In this document: one piece after another, positions 43,258-53,911 of the stretch | Layout of the letters: every line of letters starts with the position of its first letter | How positions within the stretch are numbered: the stretch's first letter is position 1 | From: Bifidobacterium breve | Lineage (GTDB): Bacteria > Actinomycetota > Actinomycetes > Nanopelagicales > Nanopelagicaceae | Length of the DNA stretch: 64,000 bases | Direction: 5' to 3' | NCBI GenBank assembly: GCA_945883755.1 | Contig: CAMCXX010000002.1 | Location: forward strand, 42,775 to 106,774 | Notes under the pieces: model-generated | What the model was told of the DNA's origin: nothing | Databases searched by the model: none | Seen by the model: the letters and a program-made list of their open reading frames with translations, nothing else | Program-made: the position numbers and the translations under genes

Positions 43258-45307
43258 CTCCTTCACGATCTAAGTAAGGCAGGATGCCACCTAGGTGCAT
43301 CGGCCAACCAGATCCAAGCAACATACAAATATCTATCTCAGCCGGCGTTGCAACAACACCCTCATCTAACATCATCTTTGCTTCGGTTGCGATCGCCTTT
43401 AATGCTCGATCACGAACTTGATCCGCAGTAGATGGAGATGAACCCTTTTCAACTAAAGCTAGCGCTGCTGGATTTACCTGGTTCACACCATTTTCATCCT
43501 TCACATAAAATGTTCTTACTCCCTCTTTTACAAAACGCTCCATAGTTGGTGAGATTTTGTATCGAGGTCCAAGATTTTTATTCAAAGTTTGTGCAACATG
43601 CAAAGCAACTCCAGGCCCAACCAAACCAAGTAATTCAAGTGAGCTCATTGGGAAACCTAGTGGCTTCATCGCTGCATCTGCTACCTCATAAGGTGTTCCC
43701 TCATCCATTGCATCAGTTACCTCACCCATAAATCGGGTTAATAATCGATTAACGACAAATGCTGGCGCATCCTTAACAATCACCATAGTCTTCTTTAACT
43801 CTTTTCCAATATTTATCGCAGTTGCTGTGGTTGCATCATCTGTTTTGGTAGTACGAGCAACCTCTAGTAGTGGCATTACTGCAACTGGATTGAAGAAGTG
43901 AAAACCAACTACCCGCTCAGGGTTAGCCAAGCCTTCCGCCATCGCCTCAACTGATAGTGATGAGGTATTTGTAGCCAGAATGCACTCGGGTGAGATAATT
44001 CTCTCGAGATCCTTAAATAATTTTTGCTTTAGCGATAACTCTTCAAAGATCGCTTCAAGTATGAAATCCGCATTAGCAAAAACTTTTTGATCAACTGAGC
44101 CAGAGATATTTCCAAGTAGGCGAGCGGCACCCTCTGGAGTTAAACGCTTCTTTTCAACTAATTTAGCAATCTCATTTTTTATCCAAGATAGACCCTTATC
44201 AACTCGTTCCTGATCTAGATCTGTGATTACCACCGGAACCTTTAAGTTGCGCAGCATTAAAAGGGCTAATTGAGATGCCATTAAGCCAGCTCCTACAACG
44301 CCAACCTTGGTAATTTTTCGAGCCAATGCTGGCTTTGGTGCACCTTCAACCTTTTTGCGCTTTTTCTGAATTAGATTAAATGAGTAGAGCGACGCACGTA
44401 ATGCATCGGTCATGACCAGTCCAGCTAGCGCTTGGTCTTCAGCATCAAAGCCCTGCGAATGAGTATTGGTTTGAGCAGCTTTGATCAATTCAAGTGCCTT
44501 TAAGGGAGCGGCGATCTCTGCGCCACCATACTTCTTTGCCACAGCGGCACGACCAGTTGCAATTGCTTTTGTAAATCCATCTGAATCCTTGCTGAAATCT
44601 GCTCGCTCAATTTTTTTAGATCCATTAATCACCTGAGCTGCAAACTTAATTGAGTTTTCTAGAAAGTCCGCTGGTTCATAAACAGCATCAACCACACCTA
44701 AGGCCAGCGCATCCTTTGCCTTCATCATTGTGTTGTTATTGAGCGCATTTAAAATAATTACTTGTACCGCTTTTTCTGGTCCAATTAACTTAGGCAAAAT
44801 TGTTGCGCCACCCCAGCCAGGTACCAAACCTAAGAAGCACTCTGGTAAGCCAGTAAATGCAGTGCTCGCCAAGCTTCGGTAATGACAGTGCAGGCCAACC
44901 TCCAGGCCACCGCCGAGCGCCAAGCCGTTGATAAATGCAAATGTTGGCTTTTTACTTTCGCCAAGCTTTCTAAATACATCATGGCCTAACTTTCCAATCG
45001 CAAGCGCCTGAGTTTTATCACTCAAAAATGAGATTCCAGATAGATCAGCACCCGCTGCAAAAATAAATGGCTTGCCAGTTACAGCAATAGCAACAGCATC
45101 AGATGATGCAGCAGCATCAATTGCAACGCTTAGGGATTCAAGTCCGGCTGGGCCAAAGGTATTTGGTCGGTTGTGGTCCATTCCATTATCTAGGGTAATC
45201 AACGCCAACTTTCCAGTTGCACCAAATGGTGCAAGTGAAACCTCGCGTAAAATACCTTTAGTTACAACCTCTTCTGGAGCGCCTTCCGGTAATTTGTTAT
45301 CACTCAT
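43199..45307 (-). CDS. fadB: Multifunctional enoyl-CoA hydratase / 3-hydroxyacyl-CoA dehydrogenase
   Basis: FAAGAD, ALGGGLE, PGWGG; GAGLMA, NTSSL, HFFNP. Confidence 0.93.
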   Translation of the reverse strand: MSDNKLPEGAPEEVVTKGILREVSLAPFGATGKLALITLDNGMDHNRPNTFGPAGLESLSVAIDAAASSDAVAIAVTGKPFIFAAGADLSGISFLSDKTQALAIGKLGHDVFRKLGESKKPTFAFINGLALGGGLEVGLHCHYRSLASTAFTGLPECFLGLVPGWGGATILPKLIGPEKAVQVIILNALNNNTMMKAKDALALGVVDAVYEPADFLENSIKFAAQVINGSKKIERADFSKDSDGFTKAIATGRAAVAKKYGGAEIAAPLKALELIKAAQTNTHSQGFDAEDQALAGLVMTDALRASLYSFNLIQKKRKKVEGAPKPALARKITKVGVVGAGLMASQLALLMLRNLKVPVVITDLDQERVDKGLSWIKNEIAKLVEKKRLTPEGAARLLGNISGSVDQKVFANADFILEAIFEELSLKQKLFKDLERIISPECILATNTSSLSVEAMAEGLANPERVVGFHFFNPVAVMPLLEVARTTKTDDATTATAINIGKELKKTMVIVKDAPAFVVNRLLTRFMGEVTDAMDEGTPYEVADAAMKPLGFPMSSLELLGLVGPGVALHVAQTLNKNLGPRYKISPTMERFVKEGVRTFYVKDENGVNQVNPAALALVEKGSSPSTADQVRDRALKAIATEAKMMLDEGVVATPAEIDICMLLGSGWPMHLGGILPYLDREGVSEAVCGARFHPAGVASLP

Positions 45308-46513
45308 TTACTTAGCTCCCTTAAAGTTTGGATTCTCCCAAATAATTGTGCCGCCCATTCCAAGACCGATACACATAGTGGTAATGCCATAGCGAACCTC
45401 TGGGTGCTCTTTAAAGCCATTAGCTAAGTTAAGAATTAATCGAACACCAGATGAGGCCAGGGGATGGCCAACTGCAATTGCACCACCATAAATATTTACT
45501 CGTTTATCATCATCGGCAATTCCAAAGTGATCTAAGAAGGATAAAACTTGGATTGCAAATGCTTCATTAACCTCAAATAAACCAATATCGGTAATATCTA
45601 ATCCAGCTTTAGCTAGCGCCTTGATTGTGCTTGGTACTGGGCCATATCCCATAATCTCTGGCTCTACACCAGCAAATGCAAATGAGACCAGCTTTGCCTT
45701 AATTGGCAGATTTAACTCTTTCGCCTTAGCTTCAGATGCCAAAATTGCAGCGGTCGCACCATCATTTAAGCCAGCAGCATTTCCAGCAGTAACTCGACCA
45801 CCAGCTCTAAATGGAGTTTTTAAAGCTTGCAACGCCTCTAATGTTGTTTGTGGACGTGGTGGTTCATCAACGGTGGCAACACCCCAACCAAGTTCATCGG
45901 TCCGGATTGCTACTGGGATTAAATCTGGCTGAATTTTATTTGCCGCATAAGCAGCAGCGGTTTTTTGTTGTGAAGCTAGTGCGTAATTGTCAGCACGCTC
46001 CTTTGTTAAGTGGGCGAACTTGTCATGCAAGCGTTCTGCAGTAGCACCCATTTGTAGTGCATCCATCTCAACAATTTTCTCTGCTAAGTACCTTGGATTT
46101 GGATCAATGCCATCACCCATTGGATGATTTCCCATATGCTCAACGCCACCAGCGATTGCTAAATCATAAGCACCCATATTGATTCCACCTGCAATTGTGG
46201 TTACTGCGGTTAAAGCACCTGCACACCAACGATCAATAGAGTAACCAGGAACAGTCTTTGGAATTCCAGCTAAAATTGAAACAGAGCGACCGATATTCAT
46301 TCCTTGATCACCAGTTTGAGTCGCAGCTGCGATTGCTACCTCATCAATTTGCGCAAGAGGTACATTTGGATTTCGCTCTAATAGACCACGGATGCAACGA
46401 ACCATGATGTCATCTGCGCGAGTTTGTGCGTAAAGAGAGCCGGCTTTACCAAACGGGGTTCGGACCGCATCTACTAGAACAACATTTGTTGAAGCCTTAG
46501 CATCTTTACTCAT
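45308..46513 (-). CDS. fadA: Acetyl-CoA acyltransferase (thiolase)
   Basis: RTPFGK, CAG, NEAFA, GHPL, CIGLGMG. Confidence 0.95.
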   Translation of the reverse strand: MSKDAKASTNVVLVDAVRTPFGKAGSLYAQTRADDIMVRCIRGLLERNPNVPLAQIDEVAIAAATQTGDQGMNIGRSVSILAGIPKTVPGYSIDRWCAGALTAVTTIAGGINMGAYDLAIAGGVEHMGNHPMGDGIDPNPRYLAEKIVEMDALQMGATAERLHDKFAHLTKERADNYALASQQKTAAAYAANKIQPDLIPVAIRTDELGWGVATVDEPPRPQTTLEALQALKTPFRAGGRVTAGNAAGLNDGATAAILASEAKAKELNLPIKAKLVSFAFAGVEPEIMGYGPVPSTIKALAKAGLDITDIGLFEVNEAFAIQVLSFLDHFGIADDDKRVNIYGGAIAVGHPLASSGVRLILNLANGFKEHPEVRYGITTMCIGLGMGGTIIWENPNFKGAK

Positions 46514-46631
46514 ACTTACTCCTAATTAATCTTAATTAAGCATCGAGCTGTTGCAGATGGGTTTTTCTGCAATCTCCCGCTTTTCCTAGGAATAGGTTAC
46601 TGGTCAGTAGCAAAAATAGGTAGTGTGGGAA

Positions 46632-47702
46632 TTAGAGATTTAGCTCTTGTGCCTCCGCGGCGATCCATCTAATCGGGCCTTTATGGGAGATAGAAACGGT
46701 ATCTCCTACACGATACTGGGATGGGCCGGTGATCCTGGCCCGGATAGATTGCAAACTTTGACCCACCTTTAACTCAAACAATGCATCATGACCGTAGTAA
46801 TTAATCTTGATGATCGTTGCAGTCACATCTCCCGCTGTAACCTGATTGTTGATCGAAATCTCTTCCGGTCTAATCAATATCTGACCCAGATTTGCAGCGG
46901 GTTGATTAGCTAAATTAAAGTTCACTTCATTCAACGCGGTTGAATATTGAGAGTTTGCTAATTTAATTGCAGGGATTACATCAATATCACCAGTGCTAAG
47001 TGCGACCTCTGCTGAGATAGGATTTAAATAAACTTGGGCAGGTGTACCAGATTGAACAACGGTACCGCCTCGCATTAAAGCGATTACATCGGCACTTACC
47101 AATGCATCCTCCCGATCATGAGTGACCATAATTGATGTAGTTCCACTTTTCTTTAGTAGCGCCACAACCTCTTCGCTGATATCTACACGTAAGGCTTGAT
47201 CAAGGGCGGCAAAGGGTTCATCAAGTAGAACCATGGCAGGTTTCATTGCTAGGGCTCTGGCAAGGGCAATTCGAGTTTGTTGCCCACCACTTAACTCCTG
47301 TGGCGAACGGTCATTGAAACCCTTCATTCCCACCAAATCGAGCATCTCATTAACTATTTGATTTCGCTCTTGATCAGAAATCTTTCGTGCTAATGAAAAG
47401 CTAACATTCTCGGCAACTGAGAGATGAGGGAATAATCCACCCTCTTGTGGAACATAACCAATATTTCTTTTGTGTGGCGGTAAGACAAGTGAGGAGACGC
47501 TAACCAACTGCTTTCCAAATCTAATTGCGCCACCACTTGGAGTGATTAATCCAGCGATACTCCTGAGCAAGGTGGTTTTACCACAGCCAGAGGGGCCGAG
47601 AATTGCGGCAAAGGAGCCACTTGGAATCTGCAGATATAAATTTTTAAGAACCCGACGTGAGTTCAAATCTACTGAGAGATCATTAATTTCAAGTGATGTC
47701 AT
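46632..47702 (-). CDS. Fe3+ ABC transporter ATP-binding subunit (FbpC/AfuC-like)
   Basis: GPSGCGKT, LSGGQQ, LLDEPF, VTHD. Confidence 0.88.
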   Translation of the reverse strand: MTSLEINDLSVDLNSRRVLKNLYLQIPSGSFAAILGPSGCGKTTLLRSIAGLITPSGGAIRFGKQLVSVSSLVLPPHKRNIGYVPQEGGLFPHLSVAENVSFSLARKISDQERNQIVNEMLDLVGMKGFNDRSPQELSGGQQTRIALARALAMKPAMVLLDEPFAALDQALRVDISEEVVALLKKSGTTSIMVTHDREDALVSADVIALMRGGTVVQSGTPAQVYLNPISAEVALSTGDIDVIPAIKLANSQYSTALNEVNFNLANQPAANLGQILIRPEEISINNQVTAGDVTATIIKINYYGHDALFELKVGQSLQSIRARITGPSQYRVGDTVSISHKGPIRWIAAEAQELNL

Positions 47703-49273
47703 GAGATGTTAACTCCTGATTCCTCACTCTTGTCTGGGCGATTAATTAAGAAGGCTGGGATAGCGGCTATTAGCACTAAGAGTAATGCGTATGGCGCCGC
47801 TTCATTAAATTGCAGGATTGCAGTTGCGCTCCACATCTCAGTGGCGAGCGTTTCAAAACCGGTCGGACGCAACATCAGCGTTGCTGGCAACTCTTTCATC
47901 GCTGATAAAAAGACCAGTAATGTTGCAGTGAATAATCCAGGAGTTGCTAATGGAATCATAACTCGACGGATACTTTGCGCCTTACTTTGATTAAGAGTTG
48001 CGGCGATCTCCATTAAATTTTTTGGCACCCGCAGAAAACTAGTTCTAACAAAGCCAACCGCCTTTGCCATAAACAAAAGTGCATATGAAAATGCAAGCAA
48101 AGCTACTGTTTGATAGACAATTGGAAGTTCAGAACCAAAGGCAACCAGTGATAAACCCATAACGATTCCAGGCAGTGCATGAACGATTAGTAAGCTTTTA
48201 TCGGTAAAGCTACCAATCCTTGAAGCCTGTGAAGATAACAAGCCAACTGGAAGCGCTAGCATCAAGGCGATGATTGATCCCAATAAGGATGCAAAGATAG
48301 TAGAAAGTGCTGTTTTAAACAGGTTGGCATAATCAATTCCGGGCAAAGCTGAGATAAATCTCAGCAGCAATTGCAGTAATGGAGCAATCAAAGCAAATAT
48401 TAGATAAAGACCAATTAAGAGTGATGCTAGAAATCTACTGCGCTGTGAATTTATCTCCGCACTGCTTGGCATTAATTTATTAGAACTGGAGATTACCTTT
48501 GAGCGCTGGCGGGTATTGGATTCAATTGTGATCAAAATTGCTGAGATCGCAACCAGCACAAGTGCCAATATTGCAGCAGCACTGCGATCGAAACTGCCAC
48601 GATATAGGTTCTCGATTGCTCGAGTAAAGGTATCTACACCCAGCAAGGAGACCGCACCGAAATCACTTAAGACATAAAGTGCAACCAGCAATGTGCCAGC
48701 AGAAACGGTATTTCGAATCTGTGGCCAAGTAATTAAATAGAAGGAGCGCCACTTATTTAAGCCAAGTGTTTGGGCAACCTCTAATTGGGCGCGATCACTT
48801 CTTCGGAGCGCAGATAGGGCAGCCAATGTTATGTATGGGGTAGTGGTCAGAATCAAGATAAAAACCGCCGCTGCAAAGCCTTGTAAATTGGGAATGATCG
48901 ACATCCAACTGTAGGTGTAGACATAACTGGGAATGGCAATTGGCAAAATTACGAGTGCGGCTAACAGCGAGTTTGATCTTAAATTCACATTATGCAAGCA
49001 CCACGCCAAACTAACACCCAGAAAGGTTGATATAACAGAGACACAACTCATCAAGGCGATAGTCGTCGCAAAAATCTCTAAGCTTTTCTCGCGTAACAAA
49101 ACAGTTTTAATTAAATCTAGCTCCCCAGAAAAAGCGCCTTTAATTAGGTAGAAAAAAGGGATAGCTGCAAAGGTCAATGCAAAAAAACTGAATAAAACAA
49201 GGAGTTTGCGCCCGCTGCTTCGTTGCTCAATTGAGTTTAGATGATTATTTCCGCTGAGAGTATCTGTCTTCAA
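47699..49273 (-). CDS. Fe3+ ABC transporter permease (FbpB/AfuB-like)
   Basis: AIPSYV, LSDFGAV, KELPATLMLRP, duplicated EAA-type loops. Confidence 0.9.
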   Translation of the reverse strand: MKTDTLSGNNHLNSIEQRSSGRKLLVLFSFFALTFAAIPFFYLIKGAFSGELDLIKTVLLREKSLEIFATTIALMSCVSVISTFLGVSLAWCLHNVNLRSNSLLAALVILPIAIPSYVYTYSWMSIIPNLQGFAAAVFILILTTTPYITLAALSALRRSDRAQLEVAQTLGLNKWRSFYLITWPQIRNTVSAGTLLVALYVLSDFGAVSLLGVDTFTRAIENLYRGSFDRSAAAILALVLVAISAILITIESNTRQRSKVISSSNKLMPSSAEINSQRSRFLASLLIGLYLIFALIAPLLQLLLRFISALPGIDYANLFKTALSTIFASLLGSIIALMLALPVGLLSSQASRIGSFTDKSLLIVHALPGIVMGLSLVAFGSELPIVYQTVALLAFSYALLFMAKAVGFVRTSFLRVPKNLMEIAATLNQSKAQSIRRVMIPLATPGLFTATLLVFLSAMKELPATLMLRPTGFETLATEMWSATAILQFNEAAPYALLLVLIAAIPAFLINRPDKSEESGVNIS

Positions 49274-49274
49274 A

Positions 49275-50288
49275 TTAAATCAAACCTAACTTAATCAATA
49301 GTTTTTGGGTTTGGCTAATATCGGAGAGCCTAGAGAGGTCGACAGATGGCGCCTTAATTTCTGCAAATGAAGGCAAGCCCTCTGGTCTGGCATCAACTAG
49401 AACCACTGAGTACTCATGAGTGTCAGCGACAAATTTTAGTTGCACTGAGTCAGATAATAGATACTCGATTAACTCACCTGCTGCCTCCTTATTTGTTGAT
49501 TGATTGAGGATCGCGGCACCAGAGATATTAATCAGATTTCCTAGATCACCAGCAGTAAAGAATCCATTTTTTACATTGATCTGGCGATTCAAACTTTCAC
49601 TTACCTCCCATAGGTAATAGTGATTAACTAATCCAAGATCGATCAGACCAGAATCAATAGCAGTAACAATCTGACTATTCTTCTCAAATAGCTTTACATT
49701 ATTCTCAACCATTTTTTGTAGCCACATTTCAGTAGTAGCCAACCCCTGATATTGAATTAAAGTTGTAACAAAGGCTTGAAAGGAGGCGTTGGTTGGCGCA
49801 ATACCAACCTTGCCGTTGTACTGATTTTCGATTAGTGATTGATATGAGGTTGGTAATTTACTTACTCGATCTGGTGCATAGGCGAATACTCTGGCTCTAC
49901 CAGTAAGACCTACCCAATCATCATTGCTAGATCTAAAATCACTTCCTACTCGATCCAATAATGAACTTTCTAACTTTGAAAAAACTCCGGTAACACTTAC
50001 TGCGCCGAGCGAGCCAGCATCTTGAGAGATAAATAGATCGGCTGGTGAGTTTTCACCCTCCTCTAGAATTTGAGCAGCTAGTGCGGAGGAGTCCCCGTAG
50101 CGGATATTTAATTCAATTCCAGTTTGTGCAGTGAACTCTTTAAAAAAGGGCGCGATAAAACTCTCACTTCGGCCCGAGTAGATAGTTAGAGATTGGCCTT
50201 GATCGGAAGCAGCGCAACTACTTAATGTGGAACCGAGCAGGATTCCGATAACGGTGGCCGCAAGACTCTTTTTAAAGCGCGTTGGCAC
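49275..50288 (-). CDS. Fe3+ ABC transporter substrate-binding lipoprotein (FbpA/FutA-like)
   Basis: Lipobox LSSC, LTIYSGR, SPADLF, GRAR, VNHYY (Fe-binding YY); GTG 50288 follows GGAG. Confidence 0.9.
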   Translation of the reverse strand: MPTRFKKSLAATVIGILLGSTLSSCAASDQGQSLTIYSGRSESFIAPFFKEFTAQTGIELNIRYGDSSALAAQILEEGENSPADLFISQDAGSLGAVSVTGVFSKLESSLLDRVGSDFRSSNDDWVGLTGRARVFAYAPDRVSKLPTSYQSLIENQYNGKVGIAPTNASFQAFVTTLIQYQGLATTEMWLQKMVENNVKLFEKNSQIVTAIDSGLIDLGLVNHYYLWEVSESLNRQINVKNGFFTAGDLGNLINISGAAILNQSTNKEAAGELIEYLLSDSVQLKFVADTHEYSVVLVDARPEGLPSFAEIKAPSVDLSRLSDISQTQKLLIKLGLI

Positions 50289-50345
50289 TATCGCATCTCC
50301 CATAGATCAAATAAAGGTTAATTACTTAAATCTATTACAGAGATC

Positions 50346-50377
50346 TGAATTACGCAACATTTATGTTGCGTAATTCA
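50346..50377. promoter_or_regulatory. Perfect 15-bp inverted repeat (terminator or operator) between rnd and the Fe3+ ABC operon
   Basis: TGAATTACGCAACAT-TT-ATGTTGCGTAATTCA. Confidence 0.55.
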
Positions 50378-50396
50378 AAACACAGCATTTGGCTGA

Positions 50397-51716
50397 TTAA
50401 CGCTCGATTTCTAACTCACTTTGGTTTTGAGGTGCTTGCGCCTCATTAGAATCCACGGAATCGGCCTCTACAACAACAGCCTCTGTTTGAGGCAATGCTT
50501 GCGCAAGTACCGGCGCAACCTGAGAAATCTGCCAATCTCTTGCACCCATTTGTTTTAGCTGTTCAGCCACATAGATTTCATAATCACTTTCCTTATTTCT
50601 TGGTAACTCCCAGCATAATTTTCTGACTAATTCAGGTGTTATTAAATTCTCTATCGGTAAATCCAATTGCAAAGCAAGGGTGGCGATGCCCGCACGAGCA
50701 TGAGAGAGTCTGGCGTAACCAAGCGGATTACGCTCTTTCCAAACCTTGATCGGTGGCAGGTTATTGGATTGAATGCGAAGTTCAACCTGTTGCTCAACTG
50801 GGGTTGCAAGTGAGTGACTTAACTGAGCTAGCCAACGATCATATGGTGGCGATTGTATTTTACTTCGCCAGCCAATTACCTTTGTTATGGCTTCAATTGT
50901 GCTTGGCTTTTTACTTGCAATCTCAATAATTGCTTCATCATTTAAAATTCGACCTGGAGCAATATCTAACTCTTGTGCAAGTTGATCACGATCTAGCCAG
51001 AGATCCCTAATTATGGTCATGGTTAGGCGGTCCCGCACCTTATGCATGCCGGAGGTTTTTCGCCAACGATCTACCTTTGGTTGATCATTTTGTTTTGATT
51101 TAAAGTTTAACAAAATTGCCGCAAAATCCTCTTTGGCCCAATTTAATTTATTTTTCTCAAGTAAAAGTTTTTCAACTTTTTCCCTAATATCTAGCAGGAC
51201 ATCAACATCTAAAGCTGCATAAGTTAACCACTCTGGTTTTAGTGGCCTAATTGACCAATCCACCGCCGAATGCTCCTTTGCAAGTTGTAACTCCAATAAA
51301 CTTTCAGCCAACGCACCAAGGCCGACGCGGGGTGAGCCAGCTATTCGAGCTCCGAGCTCAGTATCAAAGAGGGATTGTGGGTTAAGTCCGAGTTCGAGCA
51401 GGCAGGGTAAATCTTGCGTACTGGCATGAATAACCCACTCTAAATTTGCAAAGTTTTTATTAAACTCTTGCCAAAGAGATTTATTTTCAATGGCAATCGG
51501 GTCGATCAGATGCAAGCCACCGTTAGCTCGATAAAGCTGAATTAAATAAGCTCGTTGACTGTACTTGTAACCAGATGCGCGCTCTGCATCAATGGCGATC
51601 GGTCCAACTCCATTGAGTAAAGTTGCGATCATCTCCTCAAATGCAGATTCAGTTGTGATTACCGGCGGCACTCCAGCCCTGGGCAGAAGTAATGGCGTTA
51701 ACTCTGAGTTGGTCAT
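50397..51716 (-). CDS. rnd: Ribonuclease D (3'-5' exonuclease + HRDC)
   Basis: AIDAERASG, HASTQD, FDTELG, KEHSAVDWS, YAALDV. Confidence 0.93.
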   Translation of the reverse strand: MTNSELTPLLLPRAGVPPVITTESAFEEMIATLLNGVGPIAIDAERASGYKYSQRAYLIQLYRANGGLHLIDPIAIENKSLWQEFNKNFANLEWVIHASTQDLPCLLELGLNPQSLFDTELGARIAGSPRVGLGALAESLLELQLAKEHSAVDWSIRPLKPEWLTYAALDVDVLLDIREKVEKLLLEKNKLNWAKEDFAAILLNFKSKQNDQPKVDRWRKTSGMHKVRDRLTMTIIRDLWLDRDQLAQELDIAPGRILNDEAIIEIASKKPSTIEAITKVIGWRSKIQSPPYDRWLAQLSHSLATPVEQQVELRIQSNNLPPIKVWKERNPLGYARLSHARAGIATLALQLDLPIENLITPELVRKLCWELPRNKESDYEIYVAEQLKQMGARDWQISQVAPVLAQALPQTEAVVVEADSVDSNEAQAPQNQSELEIER

Positions 51717-51738
51717 ATGAATGTGATCTTAATTTAAA

Positions 51739-52278
51739 TTAATGAGTGCGTGAAATAGAGGTAACGCCCTCCGGAATTGGCGCTAAGCCAGCTGTGGTTG
51801 CAAGTAGTTCTATCCAAGCCTGTACATGTGAAAGTAAATCATCACCAGATGTTGGCGTCCAAGATGCACGGATCTCCATTTCAGAATCTTCATCCCGGCC
51901 AGCTAAGGAGCCAAAAGATGCGCTAGCTACTCTAGTTACTGTTCCACTTGGCGCAACAAAATTACAATTATTCTTCTTCAAAGACTCCATCAACCAAGCC
52001 CAGCCAATCTCTGGCAACAATGGATCATTTGCCATCTCTAGATCAATCGCAGCGCGGGCAAAAGTTACACATCTAAACTCACCTGACCAACCCTCCTGAC
52101 CTGCTGGATCATGCAATAAAACAAATCGACCAGTTGCTGCATCCTCCAAAACATCAGCGGTCATTGCTAAGGCGAAGGGTGCTAATTTTTGGGGGGCAGG
52201 GACCATCTCAAGCAAAATTTCACTTCGGGGCTTTAATGAATGTATGGGCGAAACCATTTGTTCAAAGTTGGGTTTCAT
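51739..52278 (-). CDS. DUF3000 family protein
   Basis: PAPQKLAP, ATGRFVLLHDP, DPLL, SGTVT, EIRASWTP. Confidence 0.88.
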   Translation of the reverse strand: MKPNFEQMVSPIHSLKPRSEILLEMVPAPQKLAPFALAMTADVLEDAATGRFVLLHDPAGQEGWSGEFRCVTFARAAIDLEMANDPLLPEIGWAWLMESLKKNNCNFVAPSGTVTRVASASFGSLAGRDEDSEMEIRASWTPTSGDDLLSHVQAWIELLATTAGLAPIPEGVTSISRTH

Positions 52279-52338
52279 AGGTTAAGGGTAAATTGCAAAA
52301 TGCTCATTGATCAGATGCCACGCATGTAGGCTTTCAGA

Positions 52339-53178
52339 ATGAGCGCCATCCTTGCCTTGCTTTCCAGTCTGCTGTGGGGTGTCGCGGATTTCCTCGGCGG
52401 AAATCTCACAAAAAAATATAAAGCGGTTGCAGTAACCGCTGCATCACAATCCTTTGGATTGTTAATTGGAATATTGGTAATTATCTTCACCTCCTCATGG
52501 CAGGCACCTACATTTGATTGGGCTGGCTATGTAATTCCTGGAGTACTTGCGGGCATGCTGGGATTTATTGGGTTAGTTGCGTTCTATGCTGGTTTAGCAA
52601 GTGGCAGAATGGGCGTTGTCTCACCAATAAGTGCATTAAGTGTTTTTATCCCACTCACAATCGCGATCATTACTGGTGAGCAACCAACCACATTGCAGTT
52701 TATTGGCATGGCGGTAGCGCTGGTTGGTGGATTTTGTGCCACTGGACCAGAGCTAAAGGGTGGCTCTTCAATTAGGCCAATTATTTATGCAGTGATTGCA
52801 GCATTTAGTTTTGGTGGTGCGGTCACCTTTATTGCAAAGGGCTCACAAGTAAGTCCCATTATGACTATGACTACCATGAGAGCTACCACATTTACATTTG
52901 CAGTTTTATTATTTATTAGGTTTAGAACTGCTGGTGGATTTAAAAAGAAGGATGTTCCAATATTGTTTGCAATTGGCGCTGCCGATTTCTTTGGTAATTT
53001 ATTTCTTGGAATTGCAACTACAAAAGGTTTGGTTTCACTTGCAGTCGTCCTTGGCTCATTATTTCCAATAGTGACATCCTTATTAGCATTCAAAATTTTG
53101 CGGGAGCGGTTACACAAAATTCAATATTTAGGAGTTGTTCTAGCGGTTATTGGTATTGCCCTAATATCAATTGGCTAG
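52339..53178 (+). CDS. EamA/DMT family transporter
   Basis: WGVADFLGG, GRMGVVSPI, LFPIVT, LRERL; about 10 TM segments. Confidence 0.88.
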   Translation: MSAILALLSSLLWGVADFLGGNLTKKYKAVAVTAASQSFGLLIGILVIIFTSSWQAPTFDWAGYVIPGVLAGMLGFIGLVAFYAGLASGRMGVVSPISALSVFIPLTIAIITGEQPTTLQFIGMAVALVGGFCATGPELKGGSSIRPIIYAVIAAFSFGGAVTFIAKGSQVSPIMTMTTMRATTFTFAVLLFIRFRTAGGFKKKDVPILFAIGAADFFGNLFLGIATTKGLVSLAVVLGSLFPIVTSLLAFKILRERLHKIQYLGVVLAVIGIALISIG

Positions 53179-53688
53179 TTGAAATATCTGGAACTCGCAC
53201 CCATCTTCGGCTCGAGTATCAATTAATTCATAGTCAGCGGTGAGTTGTTGCAGATCAATCTTATTCTCCCCATCCAGTGCGTGATTAATTGTTAAATACA
53301 ACTTATCAACCAGTTTTGTTTTGATCAGCTCTATTAATAATTTAGGCCCAGCTTCAATCAGAAGTTGTGCAGATGGTTGATCGGAGATCTCAGCTAAAAT
53401 AAAATTTAGCGCACTCAGTGGATCAAGGTTGAGCTGCTTGGCTAATTGGTTTTTTGGTTGCAGTCGAAGCTTTGAATGGGTAATTATGTAAAGTGGAATT
53501 GCAGTTTTTTTGTAAGGCTCTCTTCGGGCAGTGTTCCCACCAATGACAATGGCGGTAGATTGGCTGCGAAGTTGGTGAAAAAGCTTGCGATCGGCAGGGG
53601 TAGAAAGGCCGATGGAGGAGCCATTTTTAACAGTTGAGCCATCTGCGCCAACGATCAGGTTGGCAATGATCAAAGGGCGCTGGTTCAT
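53167..53688 (-). CDS. RibD C-terminal / DHFR-like reductase
   Basis: GADGS, DRKLFHQLR, IGGNTAR, LIEAGP, VDKLYLTI. Confidence 0.8.
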   Translation of the reverse strand: MNQRPLIIANLIVGADGSTVKNGSSIGLSTPADRKLFHQLRSQSTAIVIGGNTARREPYKKTAIPLYIITHSKLRLQPKNQLAKQLNLDPLSALNFILAEISDQPSAQLLIEAGPKLLIELIKTKLVDKLYLTINHALDGENKIDLQQLTADYELIDTRAEDGCEFQIFQLAN

Positions 53689-53734
53689 ATTCAAAGGTTA
53701 CGCGCTTGTCAGTGGCTTGCTTTACCTTTTAACC

Positions 53735-53911
53735 ATGATAATTGATTGCAATAAGTGCGTAATGCGCCAGATCAGCTGCGGTGATTGTGTTGTTACGGTG
53801 CTACTTAATTTAAGTGAGCAAGAGCCTACAAAACTCTCCAAGAAGCAGGAGAGTGCAATTACCAATCTCGCCAGCGCTGGCTTGGTGCCGCCCCTAAGAT
53901 TTGCCAAGTAG
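53735..53911 (+). CDS. Small CxxC...CxxC protein of the type found upstream of actinobacterial NlpC/P60 genes
   Basis: MIIDCNKCVMRQISCGDCVVTVLL...LASAGLVPPLRF; ATG 53735 preceded by TACCTT-n6. Confidence 0.8.
   Translation: MIIDCNKCVMRQISCGDCVVTVLLNLSEQEPTKLSKKQESAITNLASAGLVPPLRFAK

Noticed and set aside
50304-50340. IdeR/DtxR box upstream of the iron-binding lipoprotein
   Set aside because: Only a half-site (AGGTTA) matches; there is no 19-bp palindrome
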